A stretch of 64,000 bases of DNA. Origin: Parcubacteria group bacterium. Lineage in GTDB: Bacteria; Patescibacteriota; Minisyncoccia; Phycocordibacterales; UBA2135. Shown one piece after another: positions 9,198 to 18,407 of this stretch (within the stretch, counting starts at the first letter, position 1; each line of letters begins with the position of its first letter). The notes below the pieces were generated by a model. That model did no database searches, had not been told where the DNA came from, and saw only the letters and a program-made list of their open reading frames with translations. The translations under genes were made by a program, and so were the position numbers. The stretch covers positions 321,792 through 385,791 of the forward strand of contig JACQLQ010000001.1 of assembly GCA_016204045.1 (NCBI GenBank), written 5' to 3'.

Positions 9198-10388
9198 CTA
9201 CTTCTTCCTACGGAGGAATGCTGGTATTGCGGCGTTCCAGTCTTCTTCACCCTCTTCAACTCCATTTACTCCGTTCTTGCGCTGTAGGGGTTGCGGTTGC
9301 TTTGAGCCGTTTGGAATGTTGCTCGTCATGTTGCCGTTGTTGAATGCCTCGATGACATCTGCGGCGGTCTTTGGTTTTCTCTCCTCGTCGCGTTCTTTAC
9401 GGTTACTGTCAAAAAGTTGGTGTGCGACGGGCACGTCGGGGAAACCCGTTGCGATAACAGTGACTTTGACGGTGCCCTTGTCGAGGCGAGTATCGTTGAT
9501 TGCACCAAAGATAACCTTTGCGTCCTTGTCGATGGATTCGGTCACGATCTTTGCCGCTTCTTGGATCTCGTGCATGGTCATGTCTGCACCACCTGCGATT
9601 GCGAAGAGAACTCCCTTGGCGCCATTAATCGAGAGGTCAAGGAGGGGAGAGTTGATGGCCATTCTCGCGGCTTCTTCCGCGCGCTTCTCGCCACCGGAGT
9701 GTCCGATACCCATGAGCGCCGAGCCTGCGTTAGCCATAACCGCCTTGATGTCTGCAAAGTCCACGTTGATGATACCTGTTGTCGTAATGAGGTCCGAGAT
9801 GCCTTCTACCGCTTGGCGTAAAATCTCATCGGACATGGCAAATGCTGTCTGGGCGGTTACTTCTTTTTTGACGATGGAGAGCAAGCGGTCGTTGGGGATG
9901 ACGATAAGGGCGTCAACTTCGTTTCGAAGTTCTTCCAATCCCTGCTGCGCTATCTTTGCTCGCTGTGTTCCTTCGAAGAAGAATGGGCGTGTAACCACCG
10001 CAACGGTGAGTGCGCCGTTTTCTTTTGCGGTGCGCGCGACGATAGGGGCCGCGCCAGTTCCGGTGCCGCCACCCATACCTGCCGCTATGAAGACCATGTC
10101 AGCACCCTTGAGTGCGTCTTGAATCTCAGCCTTTGTTTCCTCCGCGGCACGCTTGCCAATATCCGGGTTCATCCCTGCTCCCAATCCCTTGGTGAGGTTC
10201 TTGCCCATGTGCACTTTTTTCTTTGCCTGGGATTTGTGGAGATCCTGACCGTCAGTATTCATTGCAACAAACTCAACACCGCGGACGCGCGAGTTGATCA
10301 TGTGGTTTACCGCATTACCGCCGGCACCTCCGACGCCAATGACGTTTATCCGTGCGAATGCTTCTACTTCTGGTTCAACTTTAGGCAT
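9198..10388 (-). CDS. ftsZ: cell division protein FtsZ
   Basis: GVGGAGGNAVNHM, AGMGGGTGTGAAP tubulin signature. Confidence 0.95.
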   Translation of the reverse strand: MPKVEPEVEAFARINVIGVGGAGGNAVNHMINSRVRGVEFVAMNTDGQDLHKSQAKKKVHMGKNLTKGLGAGMNPDIGKRAAEETKAEIQDALKGADMVFIAAGMGGGTGTGAAPIVARTAKENGALTVAVVTRPFFFEGTQRAKIAQQGLEELRNEVDALIVIPNDRLLSIVKKEVTAQTAFAMSDEILRQAVEGISDLITTTGIINVDFADIKAVMANAGSALMGIGHSGGEKRAEEAARMAINSPLLDLSINGAKGVLFAIAGGADMTMHEIQEAAKIVTESIDKDAKVIFGAINDTRLDKGTVKVTVIATGFPDVPVAHQLFDSNRKERDEERKPKTAADVIEAFNNGNMTSNIPNGSKQPQPLQRKNGVNGVEEGEEDWNAAIPAFLRRKK

Positions 10389-10605
10389 GCGAAAATAAGA
10401 AATTATGAGCGAAGTGAATAATGATTATATTTTTTGAGCACCAGACCACATACCACCAGAGATTGTATGTGCTCGGTCTCGTAAAACATACTCGCGCCGC
10501 TCGTTGTTTTACGGAACTTTAGTACCACCACGATAGCAGAAGAAAGACAGTGGTGGCAATATTGACACAGCGTTCATCTGTTTCACTCTGTGCCCTTCAT
10601 CTCGA

Positions 10606-10646
10606 TTTTTTAAAAAAGCCGGGATGACTTCAGTCAAACCGGCTTT
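10606..10646 (-). terminator. terminator after ftsA
   Basis: aagccgg...ccggctttt hairpin with T-run on the minus strand. ftsA and ftsZ appear separately transcribed. Confidence 0.5.
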
Positions 10647-10667
10647 TCAGGAGAATTACACTGCGTT

Positions 10668-11840
10668 TTATGGGTAGAATTGTCGCAACCACGCTCGGAA
10701 GGTCCGGAAGAGGCTCTGCGCTTCAAAGCGGGATGTGCTAAAGAGATCACTTTGGAATGATGGCTCAAAACCAAGCACGCACAACCCAACTGCCACGGCC
10801 CACTCTGCCTCGAGTGCTTCTTTCTTTGTATCGGTAAACGTGCGCGGGGCCACGACTCGTGCAGGGAGTCGGAGAGCCGATTTGGCAAGATCTTCGATAC
10901 CAGCGATGCCGGCCCCGGCCCCGGTGAGAATGATACCTGCTGGGAGGAGCTCGTTCTTCCCGAGTTTCTTCAGATGGTTCTCAATCAGTTCAAAAATATC
11001 GTTCAAGCGCGCCCCAATAATCTCGTCGAGTTTCTTTTTGGGGTAGTCAGAGGCGGAGCGCTCCCCGTTTTTTACCTCCTCTGCTTCTTCAAGGGGGATT
11101 TTGAGTCCGAGCGCAATGTCATTTGTGATGTCCGTCGAACCGATGGGGAACACCTCGAGAGATATAAGGCGGTCGTTCTCGAATACAGCGATTGAAACAG
11201 TTTCTGCCCCGATATTTGCGAGCACACAGCCAGCCGTGCGTTGAGCTTTGGTGAGTGTGACCAAACTTGCGGCAATGGGCGCGGCTACGACGTCGTCAAC
11301 TTCAATCCCAGCATTTTCTACAATGCGAATGAGGTCAGAGAGGTGTTGTTCTAGCGCGACCACAAAGACCACACGAGCTTCGAGTTTTACCCCACGCATC
11401 CCGATTGGTCGCCCAAGCACTTCTTTGTTGTCCAGTCTGAACCCGAGCGGGATTCGGTGGAGAACACTTTTGTTCGCGAGCTTGAGGCTCTCTTCGCATA
11501 CCTCGACGACACGACTTACGTCAGCTTCAGTGATCTCCCCATCGATACGGGAGATCATAATTGAGGCAGTTCCCGTAACCGACTCAAGGCTCAATCCACC
11601 GATCGCGACGAGCGCATGCCTCAAGGGTGTGTCTCCTTGTTTTTGTGCGCGACGGATAGCCTGTTTCAGACTCTGTGTCGCTTCTTCTTCGTTTACAACA
11701 TAGCCATGACGTATACCGCGCGATTCGGCCTTGCCCCTTGCCACGACAGAAAATCCGGAGTCTTTATCTCCATGTTCGAGAACAGCCACACGTGTTGTGT
11801 GGCTTCCGATATCAATGCCGACAGAAAGGTTGCGAGCCAC
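10668..11840 (-). CDS. ftsA: cell division protein FtsA
   Basis: Actin-like ATPase. VGIDIGSHTTRVAV. Typical FtsA length. Confidence 0.9.
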   Translation of the reverse strand: MARNLSVGIDIGSHTTRVAVLEHGDKDSGFSVVARGKAESRGIRHGYVVNEEEATQSLKQAIRRAQKQGDTPLRHALVAIGGLSLESVTGTASIMISRIDGEITEADVSRVVEVCEESLKLANKSVLHRIPLGFRLDNKEVLGRPIGMRGVKLEARVVFVVALEQHLSDLIRIVENAGIEVDDVVAAPIAASLVTLTKAQRTAGCVLANIGAETVSIAVFENDRLISLEVFPIGSTDITNDIALGLKIPLEEAEEVKNGERSASDYPKKKLDEIIGARLNDIFELIENHLKKLGKNELLPAGIILTGAGAGIAGIEDLAKSALRLPARVVAPRTFTDTKKEALEAEWAVAVGLCVLGFEPSFQSDLFSTSRFEAQSLFRTFRAWLRQFYP

Positions 11841-11860
11841 AAGAAAAGAGGAGGAGAATC

Positions 11861-12247
11861 TTACATGAGACCAAAACGGCGCATGTATTTACGTTCCTCT
11901 TTTTCCATTGTACTACCGTGTCTCTCTCCTTTCAAATGAAGGAGGCCGTGGATAAACAGAAAGGCGAGGTGGTTTCTGTAAGTGAGGCCATACTCGGGGG
12001 CTTCTCTCTTTGCCCGACTGGTATTGATACATATCTCTCCCTCGTCATCTGCAAGGGGGAATGCGAGCACATTTGCCGGCGTACTTTTCTTTCTGTACAC
12101 CTGGTTGAACCTCTGGGCGCTCGTGTCATTGATGAAGACCAGGCTTAGGGTGTACGAAGCACCGAGAACTGCCTTTTTCATCTCCGAAAAAGGCAGGCGT
12201 GGTAACCTGCCCTTTGTCGCGTTGGTAATGGAGAACGTCTTTTCCAT
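11861..12247 (-). CDS. ybeY: rRNA maturation RNase YbeY
   Basis: HGLLHLKGERH zinc-binding motif. Confidence 0.85.
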   Translation of the reverse strand: MEKTFSITNATKGRLPRLPFSEMKKAVLGASYTLSLVFINDTSAQRFNQVYRKKSTPANVLAFPLADDEGEICINTSRAKREAPEYGLTYRNHLAFLFIHGLLHLKGERHGSTMEKEERKYMRRFGLM

Positions 12248-12259
12248 GAGAACCTTACC

Positions 12260-12484
12260 TTACACTATCTTTCCGAGCTTCTTCAGTTTCTCGTACTTTT
12301 TTTGTTTATCGATACGCTTGAGCGCCCACCTTTTTTTCTTGAATTGAGATTCTTCACGGGTGTAGAAACGGATCTTTTTTGCTGCGTTCAAGATACCTGT
12401 GCCGCGAAGGCGCTTTGAAAAACGTCGAACGAGGCTAATGTTCGTTTCGTTTTGGTTTTTGGTTACTTCGGCATTCACGGTCAT
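12260..12484 (-). CDS. rpsU: 30S ribosomal protein S21
   Basis: SLVRRFSKRLRGTGIL...KIRFYTREESQFKKKRWALKR, S21-like. Start at MTVNAEV. Confidence 0.7.
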   Translation of the reverse strand: MTVNAEVTKNQNETNISLVRRFSKRLRGTGILNAAKKIRFYTREESQFKKKRWALKRIDKQKKYEKLKKLGKIV

Positions 12485-12603
12485 ATGTTGAGACACTATA
12501 TACAATCTGAGGTAGTTTGGCAACCCCCAATAGTGTTGCGGCCTCTCTTTGGGAAGCCGTTAGCCGCCTTCGGCGGGCTAGCACTAGTCAGGGTAGGGCC
12601 CGG

Positions 12604-14076
12604 CTATTCCCGCATCTTCTTCTTGAGATAATCGGCGAACTTTTCAATAGGTACTGTTTCTTGAGACCGCGATCCCATGTCGCGCACGATGACTGTTCCG
12701 TCAACCGACTCCTTCTGTCCGATAATGATGACAAAAGGAATAGCGAGTTTCTCTGCTGTGCTCAGCTGGAGAGAGAGTTTGTCCTTTGAGAGCGCGTGGG
12801 CGATTGGTATGTGGGCCTTCCGCAGCAGTTCGATGACTTCCAAGCTTTTCAGTTTTGCCTCGGCGCCGAGCTGAATGAAGTATACCTTTGGCTTTTTAAT
12901 AATGCGGGGAGAGTGAGGCGAGAATTCAGGAGATTCGATGACGCGGTCGACGCCAATCGTGGCGCCCACAGCAGGGACATCGCGCTTTGCGTTAAATCGT
13001 TTCGCAAGATCGTCATATCGTCCGCCACCAGCGAGGGCAAGGCGAGGAGGAACCGCCACTTCTTTTGCGGGAGGAGTGTCTTCAGGGGGCGTCTCTGTCT
13101 TTGCCTCGGGATCCGCCTCTGTGCTTTCATCTGTTTTCTCAGCATCCTTCTTTGGCTCTTGAACGGGAGCGACGGGTGCGCCGCCATCAGTGACAATCTC
13201 AAAGACAGTACGCGTGTAATAGTCGAGACCGCGGACTAATGTGTGGTCAATGTGGTAGGGGATTCCCATCGCGTCCAAGTATTCGAGTACGCCAGCAAAG
13301 TGACCCTTGCAGGCTTCGCAAAGGTGCGCCACCGCCTCGGGTGCTTCGGCGTTAATCTCGCGTGTCTCCTCCTCTTTTGAGTCGAGAATGCGAAGGGGGT
13401 TTGTCTTGAGCCGTTCTTTGTCAATTGGACTCAATTTCTGAATGTGTCGTCGATAATAGGTGGTTAGTTCACGCACATAGACAGTACGGCACGAACGGCA
13501 TCCAATACTGTTGATCAAGACCGAGAGATGCTTCAACCCTGACTCGACGAGCATCTTGTGCATGAGCCCAATCGTCATTGCGTCTGCAATATTGTGAGAG
13601 GTGCCGAGAATCTCGATCCCAAACTGGTAAAACTGCCGATAACGCCCTCCCTGCGGTCGGTCGTGCCGGAAAAACGGCCCGTAGTAGTAGAGCATGACGG
13701 GTTGAGGCAGTGTGTGCATGCCGTGTTCCAGATAGGCGCGCATTACTGGCGCTGTTCCTTCAGGGCGCATAACCAAGGCGTCGCCCCCTCTGGTCTTGAG
13801 TGAATACATCTCTTTCTCAACAATATCGGTGTGTTCTCCAACCCCTGCAGTGAACACTTCCTCGCGTTCCAGTATCGGTGTTTCTATCGGTCTGAAGCCA
13901 TAGTACACTGCAATTTCTGCAGCTTTTTCAAAAAAGCCCTGGTAATGATAGAACGTATCGTTCTTAATATCACGCATACCGCGTGGGTGTGCGAAGTTTC
14001 CCTCCTTTTTCTTTTTTGCCGAGGGAGTTTCGGCGGACTTCTTCATCTTTTTAGTTGTCGGTTTTTTGTTGGGCAT
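12604..14076 (-). CDS. hisS: histidine--tRNA ligase
   Basis: Class II motifs. GMRDI, FYQFGIEILG. Lysine-rich N-terminal extension and an internal low-complexity insert. Confidence 0.9.
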   Translation of the reverse strand: MPNKKPTTKKMKKSAETPSAKKKKEGNFAHPRGMRDIKNDTFYHYQGFFEKAAEIAVYYGFRPIETPILEREEVFTAGVGEHTDIVEKEMYSLKTRGGDALVMRPEGTAPVMRAYLEHGMHTLPQPVMLYYYGPFFRHDRPQGGRYRQFYQFGIEILGTSHNIADAMTIGLMHKMLVESGLKHLSVLINSIGCRSCRTVYVRELTTYYRRHIQKLSPIDKERLKTNPLRILDSKEEETREINAEAPEAVAHLCEACKGHFAGVLEYLDAMGIPYHIDHTLVRGLDYYTRTVFEIVTDGGAPVAPVQEPKKDAEKTDESTEADPEAKTETPPEDTPPAKEVAVPPRLALAGGGRYDDLAKRFNAKRDVPAVGATIGVDRVIESPEFSPHSPRIIKKPKVYFIQLGAEAKLKSLEVIELLRKAHIPIAHALSKDKLSLQLSTAEKLAIPFVIIIGQKESVDGTVIVRDMGSRSQETVPIEKFADYLKKKMRE

Positions 14077-14078
14077 AG

Positions 14079-14687
14079 TTAGGGTGTTATTTCTTCGAAA
14101 CTATGTCTTCCTGGATGGAGCGCCATGTCATTGAGCGGGAAGAGGGCAAAAAATGCTTCACCGATTATGTTTTCCTGCGGAAGTGGACCCCAGATGCGTG
14201 AGTCCAAACTTTCGGGTCGGTTGTCTCCCATCACGAAGTACTCCGTGTCTTTGAGGGTTTTTATTCGGATGTCCATGAAGTTGTCTGGAACGACATAGGG
14301 CTCAGCAAGGGTGAAAGGCTCTGTTCCGGGTTTGGTAATGGTTACCTCACCTTGCGTGATTTTGACAGTTTCTCCTGGCAGTCCGATGACACGCTTAATC
14401 AAAAACTTTGAAGGATCTTGCGGGAGGCGAAAGATGATGACGTCGCCACGCTCAGGTTCATCAAAGCGATACGTGAACTGGTCAACAATGAGATACGTGC
14501 CGCTTTTAAATGTTTCCTCCATTGAGGCACCGCTTACAATGTAGGGTTGTGCGATGTAAATGCGAAAGGGGATAACAATGAGGAGGGCAATGACGGCAAA
14601 CTTTACTGTTTCAAAGAGAAATGTAAAAAGACTAAATTGTTCTTTAGATGTTTTTTCTTCCGCCTGTGCTTCTTTTTCCTCAACCAT
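14079..14687 (-). CDS. lepB: signal peptidase I
   Basis: SGASMEETF (catalytic Ser), KRVIGLPGETV, GDNRPESLDSR. Confidence 0.85.
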   Translation of the reverse strand: MVEEKEAQAEEKTSKEQFSLFTFLFETVKFAVIALLIVIPFRIYIAQPYIVSGASMEETFKSGTYLIVDQFTYRFDEPERGDVIIFRLPQDPSKFLIKRVIGLPGETVKITQGEVTITKPGTEPFTLAEPYVVPDNFMDIRIKTLKDTEYFVMGDNRPESLDSRIWGPLPQENIIGEAFFALFPLNDMALHPGRHSFEEITP

Positions 14688-14768
14688 TGGGGCATTATAC
14701 TATGATAGTAACAAAAAACAAAAACATACAATCTATACAACACGGATGATACTCGATAGTATATAGAT

Positions 14769-15356
14769 ATGTTTTACATCGTCGGTCTGGGAAATCCGGG
14801 AACAGAGTATGAGAAAACTCGGCACAATATTGGCCGCGCTGTTGTGGAGCGCGTGCGTGAGCACAATGACTTTCCTGAATGGAAGCACGACAAAAAGGCC
14901 GGAGCGCTCGTTTCAAAAGGCGTGCTAGGTACTGATGCTGTTACTTTAGTTTTACCCGAGACGTATATGAACAAGTCAGGGAGTGCCGTTTCCTACTTTG
15001 TTAAGAGCAAGAAAGCTGCAGAAAAGGCGGTTGTCGTCCATGATGATCTCGATTTGCCTATCGGCACCCTCAAACTTGTCTTCAACCGCGGCTCCGCGGG
15101 CCACAAAGGCGTCGAATCGGTCAAGCGTGCGCTCGGGACGGAAGCGTTTGTTCGTCTTCGTATCGGGGTCTCTCCTCTCGGCAAGGATGGCAATGCTAAG
15201 AAACCAAAAGGGGAAGATGCCGTGAATACTTTTGTCTTAAAAACGTTTACTCCCGGCGAGCAGTCGAAAATCAAAGATGCCGTGATTCGGGGAGAGGGAG
15301 CGCTCCATGCGGTTCTCACACTTGGGCGCGAACGCGCGATGAATGAGTTTAATTGA
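14769..15356 (+). CDS. pth: peptidyl-tRNA hydrolase
   Basis: MFYIVGLGNPGTEYEKTRHNIG N-terminus. Confidence 0.9.
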   Translation: MFYIVGLGNPGTEYEKTRHNIGRAVVERVREHNDFPEWKHDKKAGALVSKGVLGTDAVTLVLPETYMNKSGSAVSYFVKSKKAAEKAVVVHDDLDLPIGTLKLVFNRGSAGHKGVESVKRALGTEAFVRLRIGVSPLGKDGNAKKPKGEDAVNTFVLKTFTPGEQSKIKDAVIRGEGALHAVLTLGRERAMNEFN

Positions 15357-15364
15357 TTAATCAA

Positions 15365-15403
15365 ACAAAAGCGGCCCGACTCAAGTCGGGCCGCTTTTGT
15401 TTA
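15365..15403. terminator. bidirectional terminator between pth and rpsA
   Basis: aaacaaaagcggcccgac-tcaa-gtcgggccgcttttgttt. Confidence 0.7.
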
Positions 15404-15408
15404 TGCTT

Positions 15409-16668
15409 TTATTTTTTAGCTTCTTTTTGTGCTTCGGCGTATGAGAGTGTCATGCGCTGTGCCTTGGGATCGAAGAGTGTAATCTTCACCGGGTACGCTT
15501 TTCCTAGCTCGAGCGCTTCGCGGAGCTTTGCTTCATCTCCGAACTCCGAGATGTGGACCAAGCCGGCAACTCCTTCCTCAATAGAGATGAGGGCGCCGTG
15601 TTTGTTGTACTTAATTACAACACCGGTAACCATGCTTCCTGTTTTGTATTTCTTTTCTGCATCCACCCATGGGTTCTCCTTGAGTGCCTTAATGGAGAGC
15701 GAAATCTTGCCATCCTTAATCTCTATGACCTGTACCTTCACTTTCTCACCGACTTTGGCAAAGGTGCGTGGGTTCTCAACGAGTCCCCAGTCCATCTCCG
15801 AGATGTGGACCAACCCCTCGAGGCCGTCCTCGATTTTAACAAAGAGGCCGAAGTCGACGATGCCAGTAATCTCTCCCTCAAGAATGTCGCCAACTTTATA
15901 TCGCTCTACTAATTCTGTTTTTTCCTTTTCCTCTAGTCCCTTTTCGCTAAAGATAAGTTTTCCCTCTTTGGGGTCAACAGAAAGAATGCAGACAGCAAGT
16001 GGTTTGCCCACAAACTTCTGGAGTTCGGAAAGGATTTCGTCTTTGTTGCCGTCGAGCACACGAGGATAGTGCTCTGCCTTGAGTTGAGAAGCGGGGAGGA
16101 ATCCTTGTATGCCCTGCCATTCGAGAATAAGACCGCCCTTGTTTGCGTCTTTGACGCTGAGTTCAAAGACACTCTTGCCACGCATGGCGTCTTCTGCCTC
16201 GCTCCAGATGAGCGCTTGCCGAGCTTCTTTGAGTGACAGCTCTATATAACCGTCTTCGTTCTCTGCTTCAACTACTTTTGCCGTGATGATATCACCAATG
16301 TTTATTTTCTTGATGATCTCGCGCGCGTTTAGGAATTCCCTTCCGTAGATAATACCTGTGCCGAAGGGGACGAGATCAATATAAAGGGCGCCCTTCTCAA
16401 GGGTTAGTACACGTCCTTCGACGAGGTCACCGTCTTCTGGGTGCTTGGGTGCCGCCTCGAGAATAGAGGTCATCGGATGCATTGCTGCATTTACCTCTTT
16501 TACGGGTTGCTCCAGCTCGTCCGACATGGGTCGCGCTTTCTTTGTACGAGATACTGCCGCGGTCTTTTTGATTTTAGTAGTTGGCTCTACGGCAACTTCT
16601 TTAGATTCATCCGTCTCGGCCTCTCCTTTGCGAGACGGCTCAGCTTTCGCTTTTTTAAGTAAAAACAT
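15409..16668 (-). CDS. rpsA: 30S ribosomal protein S1 (four S1 domains, Lys-rich N-terminal extension)
   Basis: Repeated S1 OB-fold motifs (GDIITAKVV..., GDILEGEITGIVDFGLFVKI, VKVQVIEIKDGKISLS). The N-terminal roughly 50 aa may be an extension, or the true start may be internal. Confidence 0.85.
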   Translation of the reverse strand: MFLLKKAKAEPSRKGEAETDESKEVAVEPTTKIKKTAAVSRTKKARPMSDELEQPVKEVNAAMHPMTSILEAAPKHPEDGDLVEGRVLTLEKGALYIDLVPFGTGIIYGREFLNAREIIKKINIGDIITAKVVEAENEDGYIELSLKEARQALIWSEAEDAMRGKSVFELSVKDANKGGLILEWQGIQGFLPASQLKAEHYPRVLDGNKDEILSELQKFVGKPLAVCILSVDPKEGKLIFSEKGLEEKEKTELVERYKVGDILEGEITGIVDFGLFVKIEDGLEGLVHISEMDWGLVENPRTFAKVGEKVKVQVIEIKDGKISLSIKALKENPWVDAEKKYKTGSMVTGVVIKYNKHGALISIEEGVAGLVHISEFGDEAKLREALELGKAYPVKITLFDPKAQRMTLSYAEAQKEAKK

Positions 16669-16831
16669 GTGTATGGTGCTTTGGGGCTCGCATGGTTTTC
16701 ATACATTGCAACCGATCCTTTGAAAACCGACCATGTCGAGGTTACCCCCTCGGCGTTATTAATAATGTATAAGCAAGAAGTCTATATGAGTTAGTCAAAT
16801 TTTGCAATCTCCCGCATTGCGGTCTCCCATA

Positions 16832-17316
16832 CAAACAAACAGACCACCTAAAAGGCGGTCCGAACTTCTGGGAACTAAAACTTTATGAAAGAAAGAACGT
16901 GGGTGGAAGCGGCACCTGTTGCCGCCCCCACCCCTTGTCTCTCGAGGTTCGTGGGAGAACCTCAAGAGCGGGTACGCGGGTGTGCCCACGACGGAGAAGG
17001 CCGTCCACACCCTTGCCCCTTCAGCCCCGTCCGTGGCCGAACCACGCGACGGGACTGTTGTTGAAGGGAGAAGTCATTGCCCTAACCTTGAGCTGCTGCG
17101 TCGCGGCGTACGCAACTGACTTCCGACACATGGCCGCGCTGAGGCTGGCGTGCGGTGGTTACTCGTCGTGCGGCTCGCCGGCGATGGCGAGTGTCGCGTC
17201 GGCGGCGAAGCCGGCGGCGGTCGTAAGGATCGTTTCGGTCGCAGTCGTCGTCGGATCGTGCTTGTTCACGGCGTGTCTCCTCGGCGGGTGGCGTGCGGTC
17301 GGTCGATCGTCTAGCG
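16832..17316 (-). other. candidate independent transcript: small ORF plus roughly 300-nt GC-rich structured RNA
   Basis: Bounded by a consensus-like promoter (17324-17351) and a hairpin plus T-run (gaccgcc-tttta-ggtggtc-tgtttgtttgt, about 16832-16862). Contains long perfect hairpins (gtgggtggaagcggcacctgttgccgcccccacc, gaggttcgtgggagaacctc). The plus strand is GT-rich and A-poor. Confidence 0.4.
17159..17269 (-). CDS. 36-aa Thr/Ala-rich small ORF (MNKHDPTTTATETILTTAAGFAADATLAIAGEPHDE), GTG start
   Basis: GAGGAGA Shine-Dalgarno 6 nt upstream of GTG. TAA stop. Ten codons lie upstream of the GTG before an in-frame stop. Not in the ORF track (under 60 aa). Confidence 0.4.
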   Translation of the reverse strand: MNKHDPTTTATETILTTAAGFAADATLAIAGEPHDE

Positions 17317-17323
17317 TCTATAC

Positions 17324-17351
17324 ATTATACACCCTACAGTTTTTTTGTCAA
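17324..17351 (-). promoter_or_regulatory. sigma70-like promoter TTGACA-N16-TATAAT driving the sORF transcript
   Basis: Minus strand reads cTTGACAaaaaaactgtagggtgTATAATg. Confidence 0.55.
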
Positions 17352-17421
17352 GACCCCCTCAAAAGGGCCCAAGAAATGAAGCTATTTTGAACCTCTTGGA
17401 GTTTTTGCTAGAATTGTAAGC

Positions 17422-18084
17422 ATGATCATTACCTACTACGGTCTACAATTCTTCAAACTTCAAGTGGGCGACCTTGTTATTGCCGTGAACCCGATTGCGA
17501 AGGGATCAAAAGAGAAGACCGCGCGCTTTGGAGCAAATATTGCGCTTATCACTACCAACCATCCCGATATGAACGGGGCGGAGCAAGTAACCCATGGCGA
17601 CAAGAAGCCGTTTGTTGCGAATGGCCCAGGTGAATATGAAGTTGAGGGGGTTCCAATACGTGGGTTTCTTACCAAAACAAAATACGGTTCGGCAGCCTCA
17701 CCACAGGGAGGCAAGGGAGAGCGCCCCAACACCATCTATTTCTTTTCCATAGATTCGCTCGATGTATGTTTCTTGGGAGCATTAGATGATGCGACGATTC
17801 CTCCCGATGTATATGAAAAGATCTATAACGTCGATATTCTCTTTGTTCCTGTGGGGGGAGGGGAAGTCTTGACCCCTTCTGCCGCCTATAAATTGGCACT
17901 TTCGTTTGAACCGAAACTCATCATCCCTATGCATTATGGAGAGGCGTCTTCGAAGGAGCTCAAAACATTTCTCGATGAAGCAGGAGCAGAGAATGCGCGT
18001 CCTGAAGAGAAGCTTACGCTGAAGAAAAAAGACGTTGAAAGTAAAACAGGAGAGGTCGTAGTCTTGAAGCCCCTTACTTCCTAG
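17422..18084 (+). CDS. MBL-fold metal-dependent hydrolase-like protein (UPF0173-like)
   Basis: MIITYYGLQFFKL...IIPMHYG: beta-lactamase-fold architecture with a degenerate His motif. Confidence 0.65.
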   Translation: MIITYYGLQFFKLQVGDLVIAVNPIAKGSKEKTARFGANIALITTNHPDMNGAEQVTHGDKKPFVANGPGEYEVEGVPIRGFLTKTKYGSAASPQGGKGERPNTIYFFSIDSLDVCFLGALDDATIPPDVYEKIYNVDILFVPVGGGEVLTPSAAYKLALSFEPKLIIPMHYGEASSKELKTFLDEAGAENARPEEKLTLKKKDVESKTGEVVVLKPLTS

Positions 18085-18089
18085 TAAAC

Positions 18090-18323
18090 ATGTTTGCACT
18101 CCTTGAGAGTCTTAAGAAAAAACCCATCACGGTGCGTTTGCGCATTGCCTTTGGGGGAGCGCTCTTAATTACGCTTATCCTCGCGATTGTGTGGGGATTT
18201 GGTTTGACAAGACAGCTTGCGGAGGTCGGAAGTGTTACAAGTGCGTCAGACGAAGAGGTGGGGACCATGAGCCCCTTCGAGATGATTAAAAGCGAGTTTG
18301 AGGATGTCCTCGAGCGATACTGA
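18090..18323 (+). CDS. hypothetical small membrane protein
   Basis: 77-aa ORF with one TM helix (ALLITLILAIVWGFGL). Confidence 0.35.
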   Translation: MFALLESLKKKPITVRLRIAFGGALLITLILAIVWGFGLTRQLAEVGSVTSASDEEVGTMSPFEMIKSEFEDVLERY

Positions 18324-18407
18324 AGCGGCCAAGGAATGGGAGCCCACACTCCTTGAGTAGAGAGGTGTTTTTTGGTAGTATAGAAGCAACAGCAAGGACG
18401 TTTTGCT

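Noticed and set aside
9184-10122. 312-aa plus ORF
   Set aside because: Antisense to ftsZ. Ser/Ala-rich mirror-frame artefact.
10634-10888. 84-aa minus ORF overlapping the 3' end of ftsA
   Set aside because: Out-of-frame overlap with ftsA and no Shine-Dalgarno. The region contains the ftsA terminator instead.
16899-17390. 163-aa plus-strand ORF in the GC-rich island
   Set aside because: Arg/Pro/Ala-rich, typical of a spurious frame in GC-rich DNA. The opposite strand carries promoter, Shine-Dalgarno, sORF and terminator signals.
16741-17400. Possibility that the GC-rich island is RNase P RNA, tmRNA or SRP RNA
   Set aside because: I looked on both strands for GGAAAGTCCGG / ACAGAACCCGGCTTA (RNase P), GGACGGGGGTTCGATTCC...CCACCA (tmRNA) and AGGTCCGGAAGGAAGCAGC (SRP) and found none. 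Left as an unclassified structured region pending a covariance-model search.
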